64,000 nt of DNA from Octopus sinensis (lineage: Eukaryota). The translations under genes and the position numbers were made by a program. Below the pieces are notes generated by a model. The model saw only the letters and a program-made list of their open reading frames with translations, did no database searches and was not told the DNA's origin. The stretch covers positions 15,314,001 through 15,378,000 of the forward strand of contig NC_043012.1 in assembly GCF_006345805.1 (NCBI RefSeq). The letters are read 5' to 3'. Every line of letters begins with the position of its first letter. Position 1 is the first letter of the stretch. Shown here piece after piece: positions 50,946 to 63,065 of the stretch.

Positions 50946-53900
50946 CCTCAAGGGATTCTCTCTAAAATTGAATGTTTGAAGGTAAAGCGGAAAATTTGCA
51001 TTTTTTATTCCAAACGTAGCTCCTCTCTACGAATGTTCAGAACTACATTTCATCAAAAACTTCTTTCCAAAGTTGAATGTTTAAAAGAAAAGCGGAGACG
51101 GTACATTTTGTATTCTGTGCGCCGTGTCAGGTTATATGCACTATTCCACAATACCCTGCATCTAACGAAGACGACTGCTTCTCTGACCTGGGCCGCCGAC
51201 CATCCCACTGGGCGCCGGCTCCTGACCAGTTCCAAGCAGTCGATACTTTTTGCGGGCATCTGTCAACGTGTTGTGGACTGGTTTAACTTTCGCAGGCGTC
51301 CCAAGACATTTGAACATATCCCTAGTCGAACTCTCGACCATTTGATGTCTCAAAGCCGCAAAGACATTATCATAAAATAAGCAGACGAGGGCGGAGCCAT
51401 GGTGGTGTGGCGCGCAGACCTCTACAAGGCTGAAGCTCTCTGCCAACTTCAAGACACCTCCTCCTCTGCCTTCCAACCCCACGCTTAGCTATCAACAGAC
51501 TGTGTCCTCCACTATCCATGACCTCATCTCATCCTCCCGTCTCACTCCCACCGCCCCCAACCTCATTTTCCTCACTTCTCGCATCCGCACCATTTACTTC
51601 CTTCCCAAAATCCACAAACCCAACAACTCTGGCCGCCCAATCGTCTTCGCCTGTAACTGTCCCACGGAACTGATCTCAAAATACCTTGAACGTGTTCTTG
51701 CCCCATAGTGGCTTCCCTCCCCTCACACATCCACGACACTAACCATGCTCTTCGTCTTTTCAACTCTTTCTCCTTCCCTCCTGGCCCCTCTAAACTTCTA
51801 TTCACTCTTTATAACAAGAGTCTATATGCATTGATCCCACACCACGAAGGGCTTCTTGCCCTCAAACACTTCCTAGACCTTCGACCCAACCTCTAACCTG
51901 ACATGTCCACACTTCTTTGTCTGGCCGAACTTGTTTTCTCCCTCAACTGTTTCTCATTCGCGGGGGCGGATTACCAAGAGGTCTCGGGTGTGGCCATGGG
52001 AACAAGTATGGGCCCCAACTATGCAAACCTGTTCGTTGGCTACATTGACGCCCAAATATTTCCAAGATTCACTGGTCCCACTCTCGAACTATACGGTCGT
52101 TATACTGATGGCTATCGGTGCTACCTAGCTCTCCCGTGAACAACTAGACTCCTTCCTCTCCTTTGTCCAATCCTTCCATCCTGCACTTGAATTCTCCTGC
52201 ACTATTTCCAACACTTCCGTCGCCTTTCTCGACATTTCGGTCAATATACACAACTCTGCTTTCACTACTTCTATCCACTACAAATACACTGGCTCACACT
52301 CATACCGCAACTTCTCCTCCTCCCATCCTACCCACACCAAATTCTCCATCCACTACTCCCAATTCCTCCGTCTGCGCAGGCTCTGCAGTGACAACCATGA
52401 CTTTGAGACTCAGTCTCAACTCATGGCTCGCTACTTCATCCTTCGTGGATATCCTCTCACCACTAGCTCGTTCCTCTGCTCCCGCCAACGCTGGCACACT
52501 TGCCCCTACCTCTCCAACATCACCATCATCACAGGCACCCATCATCGTCCCTATCATATCACTGACTCCTTTACCTGCACTTGTAGCAACATCATTTACT
52601 ACATCTGCTCTTTCTATCCTCTGTACATCAGTCAAACGGGATGCCACTTGGCTAACTTGTTCACGGAGCACCCCCGAGTCATTAGACTCGGCAATGACAC
52701 CCTGGTCTTGTGCCATTTTCACTCTGCCAGTCATTCATTACAACACCTGTCTGTGTTTGGATTGTCTTTGCACATAAGCCATCCAGACTCCCGCCTTCGC
52801 CGTGAACAAGAATTAATCCTCTCTCATCGTTCCTTTGCACCATATGGACTCAACCCCCCTCTTCATCCGACTCCCCTCATCTCCTCTCTTCATCTGACAC
52901 CTACTTCCTCTCTTCACTCCTAACCACCTTCTCCCTTCATTGATACCCCCTCCATTCACATTGTTTTGATTGAATCATGCATTATCTTGTAGCTTCAAGA
53001 TTACAATGCTTTGTTTGTATATCTTTAAATTGACATTGAAGGGTAGTTGTGAGGGGATGGATCTGATCAGTTATAATATAAAACAGGTCGAATATTTGAG
53101 CTGTATATGGCCAGGTTAAATGCGAAAGTGTTAAGGCTAATGATTTTATATTTTGTATTTTACATGCTATTGTATTTTGTAATTTATGGCAGGGGATTGA
53201 CAGAATCATTAAAGTATCATAAGAAATGCTTTGTAGGCGAATGAGAAACAGCTCTTTATGTTCTGAGTTCTAATCCTATCATCTTTTGGTGGTTGATAAA
53301 ACAAAGGGTAAACACCCCCTTTGGTCATGAATAACCATGAGATTGCATCTAGAAAGTTCCCCTCCAAGGCACAAGTCTGGACAAGCTTGTTTATGGGAGA
53401 CCAGCAGTCGCCCATGCATACCAGTTTCCCCTCTCCATGCCACCAATGTTGTCCAAGGGAAAGGCAAAGGCTGATACAGCTTGGTACCAGTGATGTCGCA
53501 GCTCATTTCTACAGGTAAGTGAACTGGAGCAACATGAAATAAAGTATCTTGCTCAAGAACACAGCACACAGCCTGGTCCTGGAAACGAACTCACTACTTC
53601 ATGATTGCAAGCCTGATGCTATAACCACTGAGCCAAGTGCCTTTGCAATAAAGCACCAGTAGAAGATTGGGCTTGATTAGATTGACTCCCTTTCTCCCCC
53701 AAATTTCAGGCTTTGTGTCTATATTAGAAACTATTATATTTTGTAATTTATATATTGTATTGTGTTTGTAATTGATATAATTATATGTTTTGTGTCTGGG
53801 CATGTTTTGCCCCTGTGGTAACATTCAGAAGGATAATTGTAAAATATATAATTATTACCATCACAGTTGAATGTAGTGAGACAGGTACAGCAAACAGCAG

Positions 53901-54690
53901 CTGTAACAGCCACAATAGCAGCAGCAACAGCAACAGTGGAGGTGCAATGGCTCAGTGGTTAGGGCAGCGGACTTGCAGTTGTAAGAACGTGGTTTCGATT
54001 CCCAGACTGGGCATCGTGAGTGTTTATTGAGCAAAGACATCTAAGCTCCACGAGGCTCTGGTGGGTGGTGGGTGGTGGGGTGGTGGTGAACACTGCTGTA
54101 CTCTTTCCCCACAACTTTCTCTCACTCTTTCTCCCTACTTCTGCCACAAAGCAGAGGAACTATGGTGTGGTAAACTTTCAGACCATATCCTCTATACCCC
54201 AGGATGGTTCAGCTCTCCACACGTTAAAAGCCACCGTTTACGGAATGAAGATAACAACGTAGCTTTCGCACCCGTGCAACCGCCAGTCTATCGCGTGTGG
54301 TGGGTGGATCTTCAAGTTGCCACACGCATTCTTAGTAGCTTAGAGTAGGCTCGAATTAGAGATTATTCTTTGCGGCTAATGGCGTGAGTCCTGATTGGAA
54401 GAAGAAGAAGAGAAGAAGAAGAAGAAGAAGAAGAAGAAGAAGAAGAAGAAGAAGAAGAAACAGCAACAAAAGCAATAGCAACAACAACTATTACACAACA
54501 AAAATGAATACAACAAATTGGAAAGAAAAAAAACAAAGGCAAATAAATAAACAAACACAAAATACAAAGTCTGGGGTTGGAAAACTGGGAAAGAAATGCG
54601 TTTCTGCAGGTAAACAAGAAGAGAAACCTTTATTTTTGTTGTAGAAAAGACACACAATAACTTACACACACACACACACACAGACACACA

Positions 54691-54728
<38 letters not shown>

Positions 54729-57700
54729 GCTGATTGAAATACTGACCCTCAACCTTTTATTGCGATGAAGGATTTAGATATAATACTGGGAGTGGAGAAA
54801 TGTAAGGTAAGCAAAGAGGAATTAAAGACTGACCCAATATTGGCAGACTCAAAGAAATGGAATCTCTTGATCTGCAACTAAAATCTCAGTGCTACCAATC
54901 TCATTGACGGTGACAACCTCAGTATGGTTGGTCAGTCTGCTAGAAATAGCAATAAAATCTCATGCTACAATATTATTTAGTCTTCAAATTATTATGGCTA
55001 AAAAAAAAAAAAAAAAAAATAGAACCTCAGCCAAAAATGTGCTGTTTATTAAGTATTCTGACCTAGGGCTAAATAAATCAACTTATTGAGTTGAGGGAGC
55101 TTCTGTCTCTTTTTGATCTTTTGCTTGTTACGTAAAAAGCATTGGTGTGGGCACCGGTGTCACATAAAAAGCTCTAGTGATGGTGCCACGTAAAAAGCAG
55201 CCTGTACATTTTGTGAAGTAGTTGGCATCAGGAAAGGACATCCAGCTGTAGAAACCAAGCCAAAACAGACTATGTAACTTGGTGCAGCCCCTAGCCTTGC
55301 CAGTTCCTGTCAAGCCGTTCAGCCCATGCCATTATGGGAAACAGGCATTAAATGTTGATGGTAGTGATTATGATATATATAGCACGGTAGATTTGGCTTT
55401 TTAAAGTAAGTTAAATATCATTTGTCAGAGAACTGCCAGAGCAGTTAAGAATAAGTACTGTCAACCCTTCCACTGGAGATCAAGCTCTTTACTGACTCAA
55501 ATATTTATATTACAAACTAGGCTATGGCAAGAAGTGACTTAACGCATGTTAGCAAACTTCGAAATTGGTAAAAGTTATGGTTGAAAATAGATTTTACCGC
55601 TATCTGCAGGTGACTTGAGAAAAAATAAGTTGACAAAACCGAGGTAGAATGGTGACGAATGTCCTCCTAAAATTGGAGCGACATGCGTGCTAATTTGTGG
55701 ACGTGCATAAACTACATTCATGTACACACACACACACACACACACACATCCTGCCTTTTATATATACAGATATTGATATTATATTGCAAAATTTGAACAG
55801 TCTACTGTTATAATTTCTCTCTAATTATTATTATTTCTTATACTTTCCATTAGTCAGGACTTCCTGCTTCAAAACTGAATTGAACCCAAAATATTTATAT
55901 ATGCAGCCAAGAGAAGATGTGGTCAGTAATCTTAGTGTTTATTTTGTGGGGAAACAAATGTAACATATCTGAAAGGAGAAAATGTTTTATCTTGAAAAAT
56001 ATTCTTCCTTTACAAATCATTGAAAATTTAGTGTGAATGCATCTTGTTTGCTTGTGTCTTTTCTAGATGATCTGCAGTAACTGGACATTACTGACATGGA
56101 TGTTGAGATTGAATTGCAAGAGGGTTGAGTATCTCAGACACAAATGGTAAATGTCATTGAGATGTGCCTGTGGCTCACAAAGTTGGTGTTTAGCTTTTGC
56201 TTTTGGCATCAACTTATTTGCTGGATAAGACACCATCTATCATGACTAACATTCTGTAATAGGTATCAAATGACCTGACTCCTCTCTTTCTTCACATCTA
56301 GGTGAAGTGAGACACATGTATCCAGCCCAACTGATGCCTTTTGAATGCATAAACTAATATGTTAACTTTTCAGTTATTTTATAGACACAGAATAGCCGAG
56401 AAGCTAACATTAGTTTACCTGTTGAATAGGTCATTGGACATTGATGGATGCATGTGTAAACGACCGTGTGAAGGAGAGGTGATGAGAATGGGCTCCTTTA
56501 GTACACCACACGGTCGATTACAATAAATGCGAAAAGTATGAATGAGTACAAGCGCCAGAAGGAAAAGAGAGATACAACCGGGTAGAATGTTTAAGAGATT
56601 TTATTTATATGTTAAAATGTGTGTATATGTGTTATATATACATAATAATAGACAGGCTGTCAGGTATACAAAGTGTATGTGTGTCCATTAAGTACAGAGC
56701 AATGAAAGAGTCTATAATATAACTTTAGAAGAATGTTCAGACACAAGGATGATAGATTCCAGTTCGTAGTCAAGGTACACGATAGTTGAAGTGCTATAAC
56801 AATAAGTTGTGGCTGCAATGCAGAGCCAGTTGAAGTACATGTCATACGAGAAGTTGTGGATACGATGCAGAGCTGGTCACTTGGTACAGGAAGTTCTCGA
56901 AGGTTGTATTTGCTGTTAACCATGGTGAAGTAATTCACAAACAGTGCTGCGATAGAACCTGTGTGAGGGTAGCTTGTTGCTGTGTATGTAGAGAGATGTT
57001 GACGATGTTAAGAAGACGGAGGCGACAAAGAAACAGACTGCCGTATGCTGTTGGATGAGTGTTGCTGCGTCTCCATGTGGCTACTGTTGTGTTGTCGCTG
57101 GAACTGGCTGTGTCCTGTGTGGTCAGTGGCTAGACCTTAAGAGGTCTTGAAACCAAAGACCTCGAGACGGTGTGAAGTTAGCATTTTATCCTGTGCAATC
57201 GGCTCACCGGAAGTTTTGGAAGAGACTGTCTCACGTGACCTTATCAGAAGGCTGTGATTGGTTGGATTGGATATTGGCGCACAAGAGAGCAAGAGACAAA
57301 CTGCGCCAATACTAACCAATCAGAGTAGTGGACACAACAGGGTCCAAAAGGGCAGCCGAAGGTTAGCTGTTATTTACTACATCCATATTTGTGTATATAT
57401 AACAGAAAGAGGGGAATTTTCCTAAGCGTACACTACACATACTTAAAATATGACTTATATTAATATATAACATCCACTGGATTCATTAGACACATGTGGT
57501 TTCTTATATTGTAAATAAAAATCATAGTAAGAGTAATGAATCCAAACCTTATCATGAATCATATCTTGGTAAAATACATAATTTAAATTTTTCCAATAAC
57601 TTACAATTTTATGTCACAGCTGGAGGATGAGTGCCCAAGTGTGTACAAGTAGCTGCTCCAATTATATGTAAATGGCTAAATTTACAAAAAAGGAAAATAA

Positions 57701-59230
57701 AAATGAAAATATATACATAATTGAATGTGAAAAAAATTCCACTTCTTTATGAAAGGTTTAGAATTTATTAAATAAGTATAAATAAGTTTCCTACACTGTC
57801 CATACTATTTGTTCAGCTAAATTTTTGAATGAAGTTTGAAGCTTTGAGAATTATTAGAGGAAATTTGTGACATTTCTACCTTTCCTATGTTTGTAACATT
57901 GTGGAGCTATTACGAGTGGGAATTAAAATTTAGTTTTAGAATTTATATGCAATATAAATAATTTTTACTTCAGCAATAGTTTCTTCTGTTTCAGGTTTCA
58001 ATGTCTATGAAGGAAAAACTCAAAGCATTTGAACATTCTGAAAATGTGACACTAGTTACAGCTTATTTCCAGTTAGACACCTTTAGAAAGGGTGAAAACA
58101 GTCATGTAAACCCCAAAGTATATAAAAAGTGGTGTTCTGTTTATTCTCGGATTCTCAATCCAGTAGTTTTCTTCACAGACTCTCCAGAGATTCTCTCAAT
58201 GTTTAAAAAACTGCGATCACCAAGTTTAAATAACTTAACAAAATTGATCCTCGTTAATAGAACAGACTTGTGGGCATTTAGTCTGAAACCACGAATTGCT
58301 AAAATTTTCAGTCAAGCTGATTATCCAAAATTCCATCCAAACACTGTGATACCTGACTATTCTTGTGTGATGCATGCTAAATATGAGCTACTCAAAAAGT
58401 CTATCCAACAGAATTATTTTCACACAAACTTTTTCATGTGGATTGACTTTGGATATTTTCGGTAAGTGTTATGTATTTAAATAATAATTGTTTTTATTTA
58501 TTCAGTACCTATGTCTGTCTACATATTTATATATATCTAATATAAATTTCTATACTTAGTTATAATTCAAATACTTATTTAAGGGGTTTCTCAAAGCTCT
58601 GTCCTTGGTCCTTTACTCTTCTTATAGTATATATATATATCAATGAATTACATTCTATCACACAGTATAGTTTATCATTTTGCAGATGATACAAATTTAA
58701 TCTACAGAGAAGTCATAATAATAGAAAAGTTATAATAAATGGATATAATCGAGATTTAAGAAGCTTTTACCAATTTGTCTGCCTCTAATGCAACAAAATC
58801 AAAATTGTTCATTACTCTAAAAGAAGTACCATCATCATTTAACGTCTGCTTTCCATGCTAGCATAGGTTGGACGATTTGACTGAGGTCTGGCGAACCAAA
58901 CTCCAATCTGATCTGGCAGAGTTTCTACAGCTGGGTGCCCTTCCTAATGCCAACCTTTCCGAGAGTATAGTGGGTGCTTTTGCGTGCCACTGGCACGAGG
59001 GCCAGTTTGGTGGTACTGGCAACGGCCATGCCCAAATGGTGCTTTTTACATCCCACCTGCACAGGAGACAGTCCAGCGGCACTGGTGACGACCTTGCTCG
59101 AATGTTTCACGTGCCACCAGCATAAGTGCTAGTAAGACGACGTGGTAACGATCACGCTCAAACGGTGTGCATATTTAGATATTAAAGTGAATTGCTAGGA
59201 GCTTAATTTATGCACGCACGCACACACACA

Positions 59231-59277
<47 letters not shown>

Positions 59278-59292
59278 ACACACACACAAGCG

Positions 59293-59346
<54 letters not shown>

Positions 59347-62300
59347 AGATATATAAAATATGAATTATTGATAAAACGGTAAGATAACAAAAGAAAGAAA
59401 GAGACCTCAATATTATGTAAATAGAGGAAATTTATCTATACAATATGTTACATTACTCGGTAGTCAAGATAAAACTCTGAGTTTCAGATGCCGAAGTGGA
59501 AATCCACAACACCATCTCTTCGGTTATCTTCGGAGATAACCGAAGAGATGGTGTTGTGGATTTCCACTTCGGCATCTGAAACTCAGAGTTTTATCTTGAC
59601 TACCGAGTAATGTAACATATTGTATAGATAAAATATGAATTAGAGATAAAACCACTATTAGGCAACTCAAACAGTGATAGACATAAACCAATACATAAAT
59701 AACAATATATATATAATTAATATAATATATATAAATTTTTCTTTTTTTTTCCAAAAAGTATAAAAAGAATGATAAATATAATATAAGTAATTCATATTTT
59801 ATATATATATATATATATACACACACCATATGCACCCCTACACCCTTGCCCACATCTACATTCCCCTCCCATGTGCAAATTTAATTAGCTACATATGTGT
59901 TGATAAGCTTCATGCACAATAGATGTAATTGATTGATAAAGTCGTAATTGGTTAAAAGGTCAAAAATAAAAGGACAAAATGAACAAAGATAAAACCAAAA
60001 TAAAACCAATGGGTATAAGATATGTAAGTATACGGTAAGGGGTTCATAGGGATGTTCTTGCTGTACATATTGAGAAGGGGACTAACGTTTTAAAACATAC
60101 TTGGTGGCATCCAGAAGGGATTCATTTTCGACACTTTTGGCATTCTTAGAGTGACCAAGGCTTTAAAGGAAGGTAACTTCAAGGCAAGGTTTAACAACCC
60201 TAGGCGGCAAGCTGGCAGAAACGTTAGCACGCCGGGCGAAATGCGTAGTCGTATTTTGTCTGTCGTTACGTTCCGAGTTCAAATTCCGCCGAGGTCGACT
60301 TTGACATTTCTCCTTTCGGGGTCGATAAATTAAGTACCAGTTATGCACTGAAGTCAATGTAATCGACGTAATCCGTTTGTCTGTCCTTGTTTGTCTACTC
60401 TGTGCTTAGTTCCTTGTGGGTAGTAAAGAAATATATTTTTTCCTTTTGAGACTGGAGCAAGCATAAAACTGAAGCTCTCTAGTTATATATAGGCTTGAAA
60501 AGAGAAAGCCACCAGCCACACCATTAACTGGAAAATCAATTCTGTCAAAGATTAAGCCCTGTGCTAATGTAAGCTTATTTCAGGATGGAAGAGGTCAAAT
60601 GATTAAGAGAATGTTTGGAGGTCAATTACTGTTCAGTAATAAAACTTCAAAGTGCGGCAGCTGACATTCAACTTGATTAAGGCATCGAAATCTGGCATCA
60701 TGATGACACAGAATGCATCCTTTCTTTATATAATAGATATAAAATAATGGCTTCAAATTTTGACACAAGGCCAGCAATTTCATGGGCAGGGATAAGTTGA
60801 TTACATTGACCCCAGTGCCCAAATGGTACTTATTTTATATTTTCATTTTTATTTAAGGCGGCGAGCTGGCAGAAACGTTAGCATGCCGGGCGAAATGCTT
60901 AGCGGTATTTCGCCTGCTGCTACGTTCTGAGTTCAAATTCCGCCGAGGTCAACTTTGCCTTTCATCCTTTCAGGGTCGATTAAAAAAGTACCAGTTATGC
61001 ACTGGGGTCGATATAATCGACTTTATCCGTTTGTCTGTCCTTGTTTGTCCCTTCTGTGTTTAGCCCCATGTGGGTAGTAAAGAAATAGGTACTTATTTTA
61101 TCAATCCTGGTAGTATTTGAATTCAGAAAAAAGTATTTTATCTGAAATGCAAATAATTCTACCAGCTCACTGCCTTAATTATAGATTTGAAATAACGGCA
61201 AAATTCTTTAAGTGATATATGCTAAAAAACCCATATATATGCTGAGATACACTTACATTTATATTGGTTAAATATTGGGTTGTCCGAAAGTTCGTGCCGA
61301 TTTATAGCAGCTTATCTTTCGACTTATTTTAGAACATGGTTGAGTCCATAAAATAGGATTTGACTACACCTCCATTTAGAGCACAGTTTAAGCTATCTTT
61401 TCATAAAAGAAGGTTTATGTTCCTATAACCTGTGTTAATTCTGTAACCCTTTAAAATGGAAGATAAGAAAGTTCATTTTCAGCACTTGATGCTTTGGGAA
61501 CCAGACAAAAATTGCTGCAGCTCGGCTGGGATGTGTTACCCCACCCTCCATATTCACCAGATATTGCTCCTTTGGATTTCTACTTATTCAGGTCTCTGCA
61601 GAATAGTCTTAATGGTAAAAATTTCAATTCCTTGGATGACGTAAAAAGATACCTTGATGAATTCTTTGCCATGAAACCACATCAGTTCTGGGAAGAGGGT
61701 ATTTTCAAGTTAAAGAAAAGATGGAGATGCATTGTGCAACAAAATGTTCATATTTGGTTGATTAAAAACGTAATGACAAGTATTTATCGACCTTTTTCTT
61801 TCCTTAAAAATCGGCATGAACTTTCCAGACAACCCAATAAAATATACTTCGTAATGGTTTTATAGAATTGAAAATCAAAAATTTAAAAAAGAGTATAACA
61901 AAAAATAAATAGTAATGTTAAAAAGTACAGGAATAAGGCAAATCTTTTATCTTTTCTCTCTAACCTATCTCTACTGTGCAGGCTATATTCTACATTCCAA
62001 ATTCGTCTTTCTGAAAATGGTGAAAATATATTTATTATTGTATACAACACCTGTAGGAAAGTTACCTACAATAACCAATTACTTAATCCCTACTGCAACA
62101 CATGCAAACATCCATCTGGAAATTAAAGGATGCTTCCATGCATTCCACTGCATGCCAACTCTCTCTCACCCACTTCCAGTTTCCAGTTTTGACAGGGTTT
62201 TCTGGTCCTTTGCCAGTTTCTAGTAACCTTCCCAAATCCCCTTTGTTGCATGCAAAAATGGCTCTGTTAGCAGAACTCTTGCTACTAAAGTCATAGCATT

Positions 62301-62793
62301 TACTGTGTAATTTGTTTGAGGTACCTAATATTTTAAACAGAAAATTGGCTTTATACTTTGAAGATCAATATTGTCTACAACAGATTTGCTAATTTAATGG
62401 GGGTTTTTTTCTGTCTTTTTCAGCTATGAAGTAAACAAAACGGAAAATTTTGGCTTAAGTCTTCCAAAAGGATTTGACTTTAGAAGTGTGGCTTTCAGCT
62501 TAGAATGTAATTTTCAGAAAATACCTTTGAAAGAAATAATATGGAAAAACCTTGTTTGGGTTGCTGGAGGTGCAAACCTTGGACGTTATGATGTCTTAAC
62601 AAGATTCTGTGATGACTACATTAGTAGTGTTAAAAGGGCTTTGAACCAAAACTTGATGAGTACTGACCAACAAATTATATATGCTATGAGTGTCTATAGA
62701 AGTTGGTCATCAACGACTTTACAGCTTTGCCATGCAGGTTGGTTTTGCTTAGGATATTTAGCAAAAGATGCATGGGAACAACAACACAAATAA
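46846..62793 (+). CDS. Predicted type II membrane protein with HtrL/YibB-family (putative glycosyltransferase) domain; 4 coding exons, 335 aa
   Basis: Exons 46846-46948, 55854-55921, 57995-58461, 62424-62793 total 1008 nt, all GT-AG, phases 1,0,2. N-terminal hydrophobic stretch [14 protein letters not shown]; motifs [39 protein letters not shown]. Confidence 0.75.
48064..48312. repeat. (TATC)n/(CATC)n microsatellite
   Basis: Directly visible. Confidence 0.9.
49145..50372 (+). mobile_element. CR1-group LINE RT remnant
   Basis: [47 protein letters not shown]; many frameshifts. Confidence 0.9.
50486..50677. repeat. Inverted repeat (about 90-bp arms) with the 3' half of a hammerhead motif
   Basis: Arms 50486-50575 and 50587-50677; minus strand reads GAAACGATCGTA. 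Confidence 0.75.
51118..52925 (+). mobile_element. Penelope-like element remnant (RT + GIY-YIG endonuclease)
   Basis: [18 protein letters not shown]...[33 protein letters not shown]...LYISQT; many frameshifts. Confidence 0.9.
55854..55921 (+). CDS. HtrL-like gene, second coding exon (stem region)
   Basis: Pyrimidine tract + [25 protein letters not shown], donor GTCAGT; the only candidate I found that bridges phase 1 to phase 0. Confidence 0.55.
56453..57437 (-). mobile_element. Solo LTR-like element (boundaries approximate)
   Basis: Minus strand starts TGTAGTG, contains AATAAA; homologous to 34393 and 41913 elements. Confidence 0.6.
57995..58461 (+). CDS. HtrL-like gene, third coding exon
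   Basis: VSMSMKEK...[11 protein letters not shown]...FMWIDFGYF, donor GTAAGT. Confidence 0.88.
59431..59632. repeat. Perfect palindrome, 99-bp arms and 4-nt spacer
   Basis: 59431-59529 is the exact reverse complement of 59534-59632. Confidence 0.95.
59534..59596 (+). ncRNA. Type I hammerhead-like fold (CCGAAGA core), mirrored on - strand at 59467-59529
   Basis: Stem I AGATAA/TTATCT, core CCGAAGA, stem II GATG...GTGGA tt TCCAC...CATC, one extra T, GAAA, stem III ACTC-a-GAGT, GTT triplet. Confidence 0.6.
60203..60432 (+). mobile_element. SINE family B copy
   Basis: Same head, core and tail as 9639. Confidence 0.85.
60857..61087 (+). mobile_element. SINE family B copy
   Basis: Full length; GGTACTTATTTTAT repeated at 60825-60838 and 61088-61101. 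Confidence 0.85.
61275..61837 (+). mobile_element. Internally deleted mariner
   Basis: TIRs TTGGGTTGTC...AAAGTTCGTGCCGATTT / AAATCGGCATGAACTTT...GACAACCCAA, TA flanks; N-terminal MEDKKVHF joined to [21 protein letters not shown]. Confidence 0.92.
62424..62793 (+). CDS. HtrL-like gene, terminal exon
   Basis: Acceptor [17 protein letters not shown]...WVAGGANLG...[10 protein letters not shown]...[17 protein letters not shown]. Confidence 0.88.
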
Positions 62794-63065
62794 TCATGTG
62801 ATAACTGCTGATTTGTTTTTTTACTGATTATCATTTTTGTGAATAACATTTAAATTTCATGAACAACATTTATTTTTGTAAAAAAAGAAAATATTCAGTT
62901 CTGTAAACAGTATTCCTACTAAATATCAGCAGACTTTTAGAATGTTTCTTGGGCACAGGTATGGGCATGGGGTTCAGAAGCTCACTTTACAGCCATGTGG
63001 TTTCAGCTTCAGTCCGACTGCATGACATATATCTACTATAGCCCCAGGTCAACCAATGCCTTTTC

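Noticed and set aside
56067-56146. Alternative internal exon candidates of the HtrL-like gene (also near 56302, 57620, 57974)
   Set aside because: Each has an in-frame stop or wrong phase relative to the flanking exons
59528-59533. cUUCGg tetraloop capping the palindrome
   Set aside because: It is one nucleotide out of register with the 99-bp stem; probably coincidental
57995-62793. Bacterial contamination as source of the HtrL-like sequence
   Set aside because: Spliceosomal introns filled with host SINEs and mariners interrupt the ORF
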